Shown here: positions 45,744-55,540 of the stretch, one piece after another
How the letters are laid out: every line of letters begins with the position of its first letter
How positions within the stretch are numbered: position 1 is the stretch's first letter
DNA from: an uncultured Candidatus Rokubacteria bacterium
Lineage (GTDB): Bacteria; Methylomirabilota; Methylomirabilia; Rokubacteriales; CSP1-6
Reading direction: 5' to 3'
Assembly (NCBI GenBank): GCA_963771355.1
Contig: CAVYTA010000001.1
Location: 160,001 to 224,000 of the forward strand
Length of the DNA stretch: 64,000 bases
Notes under the pieces: model-generated
What the model was told of the DNA's origin: nothing
The model's database searches: none
Seen by the model: the letters and a program-made list of their open reading frames with translations, nothing else
Program-made: the position numbers and the translations under genes

Positions 45744-48228
45744 ATGACTGATCCGGGCCCCGCCTCTCATGGGCATCCCGAGCCTTTGCCCATCGACACC
45801 GGGCGGGGCTCCCCAGCAGTGACGCGCGGCATCTGCATGTCGGGCTCGCTCGCAGTCCACGTCGTCGTGCTGGGCCTCATTGTCTGGCTCGTGAGCGTCC
45901 CTCCGGGAATGAGCGCTCTGGAGGTCTTCCCCGCGCAGGGGTCGCCGAGCCTGCTGAGCGAGGCGGCTCCTCCCGAGCCAGCACCGTCCACGCCCGTGGC
46001 GCAGCCGAGGCGAGTCGCGCCCTCGCGGGTGGACACCCCGGCAGCACCGCTGCCAGCCCCCGACCCCCGGTCTCCCACCGTGTCTCCCGACCCTCCGGCT
46101 CCCACCGCATCTCCCGATCCCCCCAAGCCGGCGATCGCCACGCCGCCGCCCGCGGCACCCGTCCCGCCGCCACCGGTCGCCCTCGCCGCCGCCGCCCGCG
46201 GCGCCTGTCCCGCCGCCACCGGTCCCCTCGCCGAGGGTTGAGCAAGCCCCGACTTCGCCGCCCCTGACCTGGTCCACGCCAGAGCCGCCAAGAGAGCGAA
46301 TACCGGCGGTTCCGGCAGAGCCGGAGGGCGGGACCACCCGTGGCTCCATGCCCGACGGGCCCTCGATTCCGCCACCCCCCATGAAGCCCCGGGAGACCGA
46401 AGCGACTGCGGCTCTTCCCGTGCCTTCCCCGGCCCGACCGGCCGAGACAGTACGACCCGCGGAGGCTCTTCCGCCCGTCCCGAGGGCTCCACTGGCGGAG
46501 CCGGCGCCGTTGGCGGCTTCAGGGGAGCTCGTTGCGCGCGAGAGGCCCACGCCCGATCCGCCAGCGGCCGAGGCCGCGCCACGCCCCTCTCCCCCGGAGC
46601 CGATACCGGCGCCCCGGGTGGTTGCCCCTCCGCCCGCTGCCGTTGCGCAGCCTCAGGCGCCCCCGACGCCCGCTGCTCTCCCGCCAGCCCCCGTGCCCGT
46701 CGCGCCATCGCCCGTGATCGCCGCCGTGCCACCAGCGCCTCCCGCGGCACCCACCGAAGTTCAGGCTCCGCCGGTGCAGGCGGTACCCGCGCCGGTTGCT
46801 CCCGCGGCGCCGGTGGCGCCGATGCCCACACCGGTGGCCAGTGCGCCAGCTCCGGTACCGCCGGCCCCGACGGCCGTGGCCCCGGCACCAGGCCCAGTAG
46901 CCCCCGCGCCGGCGGCGCCCGCTGCGCCGGTGGCCTCGACGCCCGCACCCGTGCCCGCTGCGCCGGCGGCGCCCGTGGCCCCGGCCCCGGTGGCGATGGC
47001 TCCAGCACCAGGCCCCGTAGCTCCCGCGCGGCCGCAGGCTGCGCCGACGGCTCCGGTCGCCTCGGCACCGGTGGTGGCGGCCCCGGCCCCCGGGCCTGTG
47101 ATCCCGGCACCGTCGGTCGGTGTTCCCACGCCTCCCGCCCCCCCTTCGGTCCCGCCCCGCCCCCCAGCGAGCGCCCCGACGGGCTCCCCCGTTGGGGTCG
47201 GCCTCGCGCGCGCCATCGTCCAGTTCCACGGCCCGCGTCACCGGGTCACGGAACGGGCCGTCGAGCCGCTGGCGGGACGGATCATCGGACCGTCGCCGGA
47301 CCGGTTCACGCTCTACGTGAATGGCAGCCCACAACCGGTCACGGTGGAGGGCCGGAGCTTCGAGGCGTCGGTCGCGCTGTCGCCCGGGCTGAACCGAGTA
47401 CGGGTAGTCGCGATCGGATCCGACGGCGTCGAGACGGAGGACTCGGTCACGGTGGAGTATGTCCCGCCGGTGCCGAAGAGCCAGATCGTGCTGCTCGCTC
47501 CCGCCGACGGATCGAGGCTCTCGCCCGATGACCCACCCTTCGTCGTGGTCGAGGGGAGGGTGGATGACAAGAGCATCGGGAGCGTGTCGGTCGTGGTGAA
47601 CGGCCGCCAGACCGTGGTCCCGGTCCGGGAGGGCCGGTTCCGGCACATCGCTCCCGCGACGGAACCCATCCTCAAGATCTGGGCGGAGGGCGCGGCGGCT
47701 GACGGCGTCAAGCAGCGAAGCGAGGCCGTCACCGTCTACGCGGAGGCGCCGGCCGGGTCGATCGGAATCCTCGTCGTCGACTGGCCTCCGCTCCTCGCCG
47801 GCGACCAGGTCGAGGTCAGCGGAAGCTGGAGAGGGGTTCCCGATAGAGTCGATGTCCCGACGCAGCCGCTGACCTTGAGAAGCGGAGGCGCGGCACCAAG
47901 TGGCGGGCGCCCGGAGGTGTTCTACCTGCGCAATCTCCGGCCCGGCGTCTACACGTTCGTCCTCCGCTACCGTACCCCCCAGGCCGCCGGCGTCGCCCAG
48001 CCGGTTCTGTATCTGAGCGTCGGCGGCACGCTGGTGCCGCACGTGCTCAAGCCCGTGCCGATCCAGGGCACCGGCCGGGCGATCGTGGCGAAGGTCCTGC
48101 TACCCCAGGGTATTCTCTGGGAGCAGGACGACTGGTTCTCGGGACGCAGCGAGAGCGCCGAGACGGTGACGAAGTTCCGCCTGCCCGAAGGGATCACGTG
48201 GACCGAGCGAAAGAGCGACCTCCGTTGA
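45744..48228 (+). CDS. Membrane-anchored Pro/Ala-rich stalk protein with C-terminal Ig-like domains (+1 frameshift near 46182)
   Basis: TonB/TolA-like anchor SLAVHVVVL, long Pro-rich linker and Ig-like LSPGLNRVRVVA / VEGRVDD; removing one C joins the 45744 and 46348 ORFs. Confidence 0.72.
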
Positions 48229-49115
48229 CGGCGGCTCTGCTCGCCGCCCAGGCCGCGGACGGCGGCTGGGGCGCCGAATCCGGCAAGCGGAGCAATACCG
48301 AGGCGACGGCACTCGCGGTCCTGGCGCTGGGAACGTCCCCCGACCCCGCCGCCTCCACGGCGCTACGCCGGGCGCTTGCCTGGCTGGTCGAGCAGCAGCG
48401 GCCGGACGGAGGGTGGCCTCTCGGAGTAGGGCACGACCAGAGCACCTGGCCGACTCCGCTGGCCGTTCTTGCCGTGCTGGGCCGGCCGGAGCTCCGCGAT
48501 CGTGCCGTGGGGGGGCTCCGCTGGCTGGTCGGGCACGCCGGGATCGATCCCGGCTGGCTCATCAGGGTGCTCTATCGAGTCTGGCCGGGCGCGCTGCCGG
48601 TCCGGATGAATCCCACCCTCAAGGGCTGGTCCTGGAACCCCGACGCCTTCAGCTGGGTCGAGCCCACGGCATACGCCCTGCTCGCGCTCAAGAAGGGACG
48701 CACCGTCCTCTCCGGACCGGACGTGGACGCCCGCATCCGGGAAGGCGAGGCGATGCTCTACGATCGCGTGTGCGAGGGCGGGGGCTGGAACTACGGGAAC
48801 ACGAACGTGTACGGCGTCAACGTCGCGCCCTACCCCGAGGTCACCGCGGTGGCTCTGCTCGGCCTCCAGGACCGGCGCGAGACGCCGGTCAACCGCTCGA
48901 GCGTCGAGGCGATGCGCCGGATGCTCCCTGAGGTGGATTCCGGCTTGGCGCTGAGCTGGGTCATCGCGTGCCTGGCCGTTCACGGTCAGGACACGGGCGC
49001 GGAGCGTCGGCGGCTGGCAGAAAGCTACACGCGGACGGGCTTTCTCGGCTCCACCCCGAGCCTCGCCCTGGCGCTCATCGCGTCGGGCTCACCCGAAAGG
49101 GTGTTCGGGCTGTGA
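48225..49115 (+). CDS. Prenyltransferase/squalene-cyclase-like alpha/alpha barrel repeat protein
   Basis: QW-like repeats QAADGGW, QRPDGGW and GGGWNYG; TTGA coupling (alternative start 48198). Confidence 0.78.
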   Translation: MTAALLAAQAADGGWGAESGKRSNTEATALAVLALGTSPDPAASTALRRALAWLVEQQRPDGGWPLGVGHDQSTWPTPLAVLAVLGRPELRDRAVGGLRWLVGHAGIDPGWLIRVLYRVWPGALPVRMNPTLKGWSWNPDAFSWVEPTAYALLALKKGRTVLSGPDVDARIREGEAMLYDRVCEGGGWNYGNTNVYGVNVAPYPEVTAVALLGLQDRRETPVNRSSVEAMRRMLPEVDSGLALSWVIACLAVHGQDTGAERRRLAESYTRTGFLGSTPSLALALIASGSPERVFGL

Positions 49116-50107
49116 GCGGTCCCATGACGCGCCGGCACTTTCTCGGCGCGGCTGCCGCGGCGTCCGCCGCGGCCGGCTGCGGCCGGACGCCGGGCTGGGA
49201 TCGCGCGGCCTATCGGAAGGCCGAGCGCTCGCGGGTCGCCATCCTCTCGGCCCGGGACTACGCGGTGCCGCTGACGGACGTGGTGCTCCAGGGCATCCGG
49301 CAGTTCCGCCTCCCCGTGGTCGGGCGGAAGATCGTTCTCAAGCCGAACCTCGTCGAGTTCGACCCCGCGGGAGTGATCAACACCCACCCGGCCGTCATCG
49401 CGGCCGCGGTGGAGGCTTTTCGCCGACTCGGCGCGCGCGAGGTGGTCGTCGCCGAGGGCCCGGGCCATCGGCGTGACACCGAGCACCTCGTTGCCGCCTC
49501 CGGACTGTTCCGCACCCTCACGGACCTGGGCGCCCGGTATGTCGACCTCAATCACGATGACGTGCGGGCGGTGACGCTTCGCAGCCAGTTCACCACGCTC
49601 GGCCGGCTCCACCTGCCCGAGACCATCCTCGGCGCGGACCTGATCGTCTCCATGCCCAAGCTCAAGACCCACCACTGGGCGGGGGTGACGCTGTCGCTCA
49701 AGAACATGTTCGGGATCGTGCCGGGCATGATCTACGGCTGGCCGAAGAACGTCCTCCACTGGGCGGGCATCCATGAGAGCGTGGTCGACATCAACAGCTC
49801 GTTGCCGGCGCCCCAGTTCGCCATCGTCGACGGCATCGTCGGAATGGAAGGCAATGGCCCCATCCAGGGCGATGCGAAGCCGTGCGGCGCTCTCGTCTTC
49901 GGCGACGACCTCGTGGCCGTCGACGCGACGGCAGCGCGCCTCATGAGCATCGATCCGCGGAAGATCAAGTACCTCCAGCACGCGGCCCAATTCCTCGGGA
50001 ACATCGAGTACGAGCAGATCGCGCAGATCGGCGAGCCCCTGGAGTCCCTGCGAAAGGAGTTCCGTGTGATTCAGCAATTCGAGAGCCTGAGAGGTGCCGG
50101 TGGCTAG
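49112..50107 (+). CDS. DUF362 family protein, Tat-exported lipoprotein
   Basis: TRRHFL plus AAGC lipobox; LKPN, THP, PKLKTH, SLKNMFG and GMEGNGP motifs. Confidence 0.85.
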   Translation: MSGPMTRRHFLGAAAAASAAAGCGRTPGWDRAAYRKAERSRVAILSARDYAVPLTDVVLQGIRQFRLPVVGRKIVLKPNLVEFDPAGVINTHPAVIAAAVEAFRRLGAREVVVAEGPGHRRDTEHLVAASGLFRTLTDLGARYVDLNHDDVRAVTLRSQFTTLGRLHLPETILGADLIVSMPKLKTHHWAGVTLSLKNMFGIVPGMIYGWPKNVLHWAGIHESVVDINSSLPAPQFAIVDGIVGMEGNGPIQGDAKPCGALVFGDDLVAVDATAARLMSIDPRKIKYLQHAAQFLGNIEYEQIAQIGEPLESLRKEFRVIQQFESLRGAGG

Positions 50108-50825
50108 CCGGCGCTCGCTCCTCGTGCTGCCGGTCCTCTTCGTCACCCTGCTGGGGGCGGCGCCGGGAGATCTCAACGAAGCGGGCAAGAATGCCTATCA
50201 GCGGGGCGACTTTGCGGAGGCCGAGCGCCTCTTCACTCAGGCCTTGGCCCGGACGCCCAGCGACCCCTTGCTCCACTACCACCGCGGCGCCGCTCTCACC
50301 CGGCTCGGACGCATCCGTGAAGCTACCGCCGCCTACGAGACGGCTCTGCGCCTGGATCCGCCGCCGGCGGTGGCCGCGGCGGCGCGGGACGGCCTCCGCG
50401 CCATCGGTGCGCTGGGCGCGCCCTCTCGACCCCGGCGGTCCGCCGATGAGACGGTCATTGCGCTGACGCGGATTCCGGGCGGCTGGCTGACCGAGGTCGT
50501 CGTCAACGGCGCGTGGACCGGGCCCCTCTTGCTGGATACGGGAGCGAGCGTGACGCTCGTCTCCCCCGCCGTGGCCCGCGCCGCCGGGATCTCGATCGGT
50601 CCCGACACCCAGATGGTAGAGGTCCAGGGGATCGCCGGCCGCACGCGTGGTCCCATCGTCACTCTGTCCTCGATCCAGGTCGGGGAGATCGAGGCGCGCG
50701 GGGTGCGCGCCGTGGTCGTCGAGCTTCCCATGGGATTGAACGGTCTGCTCGGCAACTCCTTCCTGGCCCGCTACACCTTCACCCTCGATCCGCGCGAGGG
50801 AGCGCTCCGGCTGCAGCCTCGATGA
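50100..50825 (+). CDS. Secreted TPR + retropepsin-like aspartyl protease
   Basis: Signal peptide, TPR helices, LLDTGAS and GLLGNSFL motifs. Confidence 0.85.
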   Translation: MASRRSLLVLPVLFVTLLGAAPGDLNEAGKNAYQRGDFAEAERLFTQALARTPSDPLLHYHRGAALTRLGRIREATAAYETALRLDPPPAVAAAARDGLRAIGALGAPSRPRRSADETVIALTRIPGGWLTEVVVNGAWTGPLLLDTGASVTLVSPAVARAAGISIGPDTQMVEVQGIAGRTRGPIVTLSSIQVGEIEARGVRAVVVELPMGLNGLLGNSFLARYTFTLDPREGALRLQPR

Positions 50826-52144
50826 CGGGCGTCTCCGGCGCCGAGATGAGACCTCGTCTCCTCTCGGCGCTCGGCCGGACGGCGGTCATGCTCGCGTGTC
50901 TCGCGCTGCTCGGCTGGAATGTGGCGCTCGTCGTCGTGATGGAGCGGGGGATCGTCCGCAGCGACTTCGGGAAGCTCCACGCTTCCGCCCAGGCTTTTCT
51001 CGCCGGTCGCGACATGTATGACCTGGGGCCGGCCACGCTGAGTCCGGTGCGCGGGATGACCGATCAGGTCCTCCACTACATCCCGTTCCTGAACCTCAAC
51101 CCGCCCCACTTCCACCTCATTCTCCTGCCGCTGGCGCCACTCTCCCCTCGCTGGGCGCTCGTCGTCTGGGGCATCGTGAGCCTGGTCTGCCTGGCGTTCT
51201 CGCTCCGCCTCATCGCGCGTGAATCCGGTATCGTCCTGACCCGGTGGCGGCGCCGGCTCGCGGTGCTGGCCTTCCTGGGCTTCGCGGGGCTCGGGGCGGT
51301 AGCGCTGACCGGGCAGGTTTCATTCCTCCTCCTCCTTCCGGTGACGCTGGCGTGGATCCGCGCTCGAAGGGGGAAATGGGCCGAGGCCGGCGTCTATCTC
51401 GGCCTGGCCATGAGCGTCAAACCCTTCCTCGCCATCTTCCTGCCCTATCTCGTCCTGCGGCGTCGGTTCGTCACGCTGGCGACCGCCGTTGGCGCGGGAA
51501 CAGCGGCGTTCCTGGTCGGACTGGGCGTGTTCGGGTGGGACGCGCACCGATCGTGGATCGCCGGGCTCTCGGCGGTGAGCTGGGAGTGGGTGGCCATGAA
51601 CGCGTCCGTGCTCGGCTTCCTCAAGCGCGTGCTCGCGCCGAGCCTGTACTACGAGCCGCTGCTCGAGGTGCCGGGGCTCATCGCGCCGGTCTGGCTTTTA
51701 CTGTCCGGCGCCATCGGGGTCGTGACCCTCGCGGTGGCCGCCGCCGACTCGGACGAGCGGGCCGTCGACCGGGCCTTTGCCTTGCTCCTTCTCGCCGCCT
51801 TGCTGGTCTCGCCGCTCGGCTGGACGTATTACTGGTGGCTCGCACTGGGCCCGATGGTGGCGGTCGTCGCCTCCCGGTGGGGGCGGGATGCCCGGGATGC
51901 CCACGTGGAGCGGTGGCCGGCCTCGAACACGAGATGCTGGCGCCGCGCGTTGCTCCTCGTCGCGGTGCCGGGGCTGTTCTGGCCCTTGCCCGCGACCATT
52001 GCGTTCCAGCCGAGCGCCTGGGCGACGGTGTTTCTTGGTTCCGCGTACTTCTGGGCCACGCTGGCGCTCTGGGCCGCGTTGATCGCGGATTGGCGCGTGG
52101 CCGGCGGCCGCCTCAGTGCGGTCGCCGCCCTGCTGCGTCGCTAG
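50822..52144 (+). CDS. GT87-like (GT-C) membrane glycosyltransferase
   Basis: SDF, NPPHF, GQ, VKPFL, N.S and SPLGW.YY motifs; multi-TM. Confidence 0.8.
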   Translation: MTGVSGAEMRPRLLSALGRTAVMLACLALLGWNVALVVVMERGIVRSDFGKLHASAQAFLAGRDMYDLGPATLSPVRGMTDQVLHYIPFLNLNPPHFHLILLPLAPLSPRWALVVWGIVSLVCLAFSLRLIARESGIVLTRWRRRLAVLAFLGFAGLGAVALTGQVSFLLLLPVTLAWIRARRGKWAEAGVYLGLAMSVKPFLAIFLPYLVLRRRFVTLATAVGAGTAAFLVGLGVFGWDAHRSWIAGLSAVSWEWVAMNASVLGFLKRVLAPSLYYEPLLEVPGLIAPVWLLLSGAIGVVTLAVAAADSDERAVDRAFALLLLAALLVSPLGWTYYWWLALGPMVAVVASRWGRDARDAHVERWPASNTRCWRRALLLVAVPGLFWPLPATIAFQPSAWATVFLGSAYFWATLALWAALIADWRVAGGRLSAVAALLRR

Positions 52145-52818
52145 GAACGAGGCGCGGCCTGGTACTCGCGGAGCTGCTCCTCGGTGCGGGAGCTGCCTCG
52201 GCGCCAGACCCATTTGATGTAGGAGCGAACGTCGGGCGCGTACCAGTACTCGTTGCGATCGCCCTGGTCGCTCTCGTGCACTATCTTGAGCGCGGTGAAA
52301 CGTCCCGCGGGGACCTCGACGACCTCGGACCCGAGGACGATGAAGGTGCCAGTTCGCTCGACGGCCCCGCTCGGGTCCTGGAGGGTCCCACGGTACGTCC
52401 ATTGTCGTCCCGGCTCCAGCGGCCAGGTGAACCAGGGCAGCGGAGGACTCATCCGGCTCTCGATCTTCCGCTCGCGGGCATGTCCGGCCCACTGCAGCTG
52501 GGTGTTGTAGAAGTGCTCGAGCTCGCCGACCCGGACGATGTAGAAGAGGGCGCTGTTGATGTCCCGGATCTCGACGACCTCGACGGTCTTGGTGCCGTGC
52601 TCGGTGCCGAGCAGCAACCCGTAGAGCCACCGGTCGCCTGGACGCCAGTCCGGGGCGGCCCGGGAGGCGGCGACCGTCTTGAAGGTGGAGTCGAGTGACG
52701 CCGGCTGGCTCGGCGGCGGCGCACCGGGTCGGAAGACACTGCATGCCTCGAGCACGATCCCGAGCGTCGAGGCGAGGAGCGCGAACCGTGCCACTCTCGT
52801 GAAACTCCGTCGCGTCAC
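52141..52818 (-). CDS. Hypothetical lipoprotein (DUF3108/TapB-like beta fold)
   Basis: LEAC lipobox; WPLEPGRQW, EVVEVPAGRF and YWYAPDV motifs; start uncertain. Confidence 0.65.
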   Translation of the reverse strand: MTRRSFTRVARFALLASTLGIVLEACSVFRPGAPPPSQPASLDSTFKTVAASRAAPDWRPGDRWLYGLLLGTEHGTKTVEVVEIRDINSALFYIVRVGELEHFYNTQLQWAGHARERKIESRMSPPLPWFTWPLEPGRQWTYRGTLQDPSGAVERTGTFIVLGSEVVEVPAGRFTALKIVHESDQGDRNEYWYAPDVRSYIKWVWRRGSSRTEEQLREYQAAPRS

Positions 52819-53017
52819 AGGCGGATGATCGCACGGCGGTTCGCGCCGGCGCAACGTTGTGGTTGGCGGGTAGCTCGCGGGGCCCCGGCGGTGCCGAAAA
52901 CACCCATGAGCTTCCCGTGTCGCGTGTTAGAAGTATTTCGGTAGGGACCCCGGGCGCGGGTCGGTCGGGACCCGGGGCCCGGCCGCCGCGGCTAACCCTG
53001 AAAGGGAGGAAGTCGAC

Positions 53018-54810
53018 ATGAAGATCGTCGGAATGATCGCTATCCTATTGGGTATCGTCTGGCATTCTCTTGCCCTTCGTGAGCACTACGTACCAGGGTT
53101 CTTAGTTCATTGCCGTGATTCTGCTTGTTGGCGGGTTCTTCCTGTACCGGGGTCGGCTCGGGAGGTCTGGTCCGAAGTCTACCCCGCTAGGGAAGTTGGC
53201 TCGACCCTTCCCGCCATGGATGTCCGCCCGCTCGGCCGCGGTGACCACCGGCCCGGCGCGAGGCGGAGAGCGTCTCCCCCCGGTCTCCCTCGCGATAGTC
53301 GCCCTGGTGATGGGCCTGGGCCTGTATCAATTCGCCCGCACTCTCGCCGATCCGGACATCTGGGGACACATCGCGATCGGCCGCCTCTACCATGAGACGG
53401 GCCGGATCCGGCAGCCCGACCCGTTTTCCTACGTGACCGCGGGCCACGAGTGGCTCAACTTCGAGTGGCTCTTCGAGGTCCTGCTCTTCCGGATCTTCGC
53501 CGCCTTGGGCCCGCCGGGGTTGATCGTCCTCAAGGTTGCCGTCGGGCTGCTCCTGCTCGGAATCGTCTACCGCCTCCTGTGGCGTCAGGGCCTTCCCCCG
53601 CTACGGGCCGGCATCGTCGTGGTGGCCGTCATCCACTTCCTCGCGCCCTTCTTCCTCACCGTGCGTCCCCACCTCGTCACGTACGCGTTCTTCCTCGTCG
53701 TCCTCCTGCTCCTCCGGACGATGGATCGAGGCGATGCGCGATGGCTCTACGCCGCTCCGGCGCTCTTCGCGCTCTGGGCGAACCTCCATCCGGGGTTCCT
53801 CGCCGGGCTGGGCGTGCTGGGGATCTGGACCGTCGTCGAGCTCGGGCGGCGCTGGCTCGAGAAGGGAAGCGCCCGCGGCGCCGGCGCGCCCATCGATGTG
53901 GACGGTCATCCCGATCCTGGTTGCCTGTGTGCTGGCCACCGGGCTCAATCCCTGGGGATTCCATCTCCTCCCATTCCTCTGGCGCACCGCGACGGTGCCG
54001 CGACCCGAGATCAGCGAGTGGCAGCCGTTGCTCCTCGTCAGCGGTCAAGGCATCACCTATCTGCTCCTGGCGGCGGCCGCGGCCGCGGGCTGGAGCTATA
54101 GCCGACGGCCCCGCAGCCTGCCCTTGCTGGGGGTGCTCGTGGTGTGCGGCCTGCTCCCACTGGTGGCCTGGCGGCACGTGCCGCTCGCCGCGCTGGCGAT
54201 CGCCGTGCTTGCCGGCGAGCATATCGGCGACGCCTGGGAGCGATGGTCGAGCGCGCGCTCGGCACGAAGCTCCGCGCCGTCGGCGGCCGTCGAGCGAGTC
54301 CTGGCCGCCGCGGCGACGGTAGGGGCCGTCCTGTTCGTGGTCCTGGCGGTGCCGCGCCTCGGCTGCATCGTCATCGACCCGCCGTCCGCCCTGGGCCAAC
54401 CCGTGCGGGCGATCGGACTGCTCCGCGCGAGCGGGATCAGCGGCAATCTGGCGATCGATTTCGACTGGGGGCTCTACGCCATGTACCACGTGGCGCCGGC
54501 CATCAAGATCTCGGTGGACGGGCGGCGGGAGACGGCCTACGACGATCGGGTCTACCACCAGAACCTCGACTTCAGGTTCGGCCAGGGCGACTGGGAGGCT
54601 CTGCTGCGCGAGCACGACACGCACCTCGCGCTCGTGCGCCGCTTCCTTCCCTCGGACAACTTGCTCCGCCTCAAGCCGGGCTGGACGCTGCTCTACGAGG
54701 ATCCGCTGGCCGCGCTCTTCGGTCGCGCCGACCTCCCGTATCTGGACCGGATCCGCGCGACCCCGGCCCCGTCCGTCCCCTACGACGGGACGGGCCTCTG
54801 CATGCCCTGA
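53018..54810 (+). CDS. Multi-TM putative GT-C-fold protein (frameshifted near 53060-53105 and 53880)
   Basis: DPDIWGH..G, DPFSY, EWLF, RPH, LWANLH.GF, LNPWG, ISEWQP and VDGR motifs spread over frames; GGAGG SD before 53018. Confidence 0.68.
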
Positions 54811-54891
54811 GGGTCACGTGCCCGGGCGATTCCGGAAGCGCTCCGGTGATATACACTGGGCGCACCCGAGCGCACCGACGAGGAGGGGCAG

Positions 54892-55530
54892 ATGGGGACG
54901 AATGGCTTCCACAAGGTCGTGGCCTCCGAGCAACGGCTCCGCGAGATCTTGGGCCAGCCGGGAACGCGCGCGCTCCTGAAGGAGCAGGCGCGACTCGACG
55001 AGCACTTCCGCAACTTCATCGCCAGCTCGCCCTTCCTGTTGCTGGCCACCGCGAGCACCGCGGGTCGGTGCGACGTGTCGCCCAAGGGGGATGGGCCGGG
55101 CTTCGTCCAGGTGCTCGACGACACCCACCTCGCCATCCCGGACCGGATCGGGAACAATCGGCTCGACGGCATGCGGAACATCCTTGAGAATCCGCATGTC
55201 GGGATGATCTTTCTCATCCCCGGGCGAGAGGACACGCTCCGCGTCAACGGGAAGGCATGGATCGTCGAGGACGACGCCATCCTTGACCGCATGGTCGTCC
55301 AGGGCAAGCGGCCGCCCTTCGCCATCGGGGTGGAGGTCGAGGAGGCGTACATGCACTGCCCGCGCGCCTTCATGCGTTCCGGGCTCTGGAAGCCCGAGCG
55401 CTGGCCCGACCCCAAGGCGGTGGCGTCGATGGCCAAGATCATGTGGGACCAGGTGCCGGACAGGTCCGGCTTCGCCTGCGTGGAGGATTACGAGGCGGAC
55501 CGGAAGGAGAAGCTGCAGACCCTCTACTAG
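54892..55530 (+). CDS. Pyridoxamine 5'-phosphate oxidase-like FMN-binding protein (MSMEG_1061-like)
   Basis: DVSPKGD, IPDRIGNNRLD, TLRVNG and HCPRAF motifs. Confidence 0.88.
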   Translation: MGTNGFHKVVASEQRLREILGQPGTRALLKEQARLDEHFRNFIASSPFLLLATASTAGRCDVSPKGDGPGFVQVLDDTHLAIPDRIGNNRLDGMRNILENPHVGMIFLIPGREDTLRVNGKAWIVEDDAILDRMVVQGKRPPFAIGVEVEEAYMHCPRAFMRSGLWKPERWPDPKAVASMAKIMWDQVPDRSGFACVEDYEADRKEKLQTLY

Positions 55531-55540
55531 TTCGGCGCGC

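Noticed and set aside
48225..49115. Squalene-hopene cyclase
   Set aside because: About 300 aa with a single barrel and no DXDD catalytic motif.
32400..54850. Defined genomic island or prophage boundaries for the tad block
   Set aside because: No integrase, tRNA, att repeat or phage gene seen; the AT-rich part is confined to the regulatory spacer.
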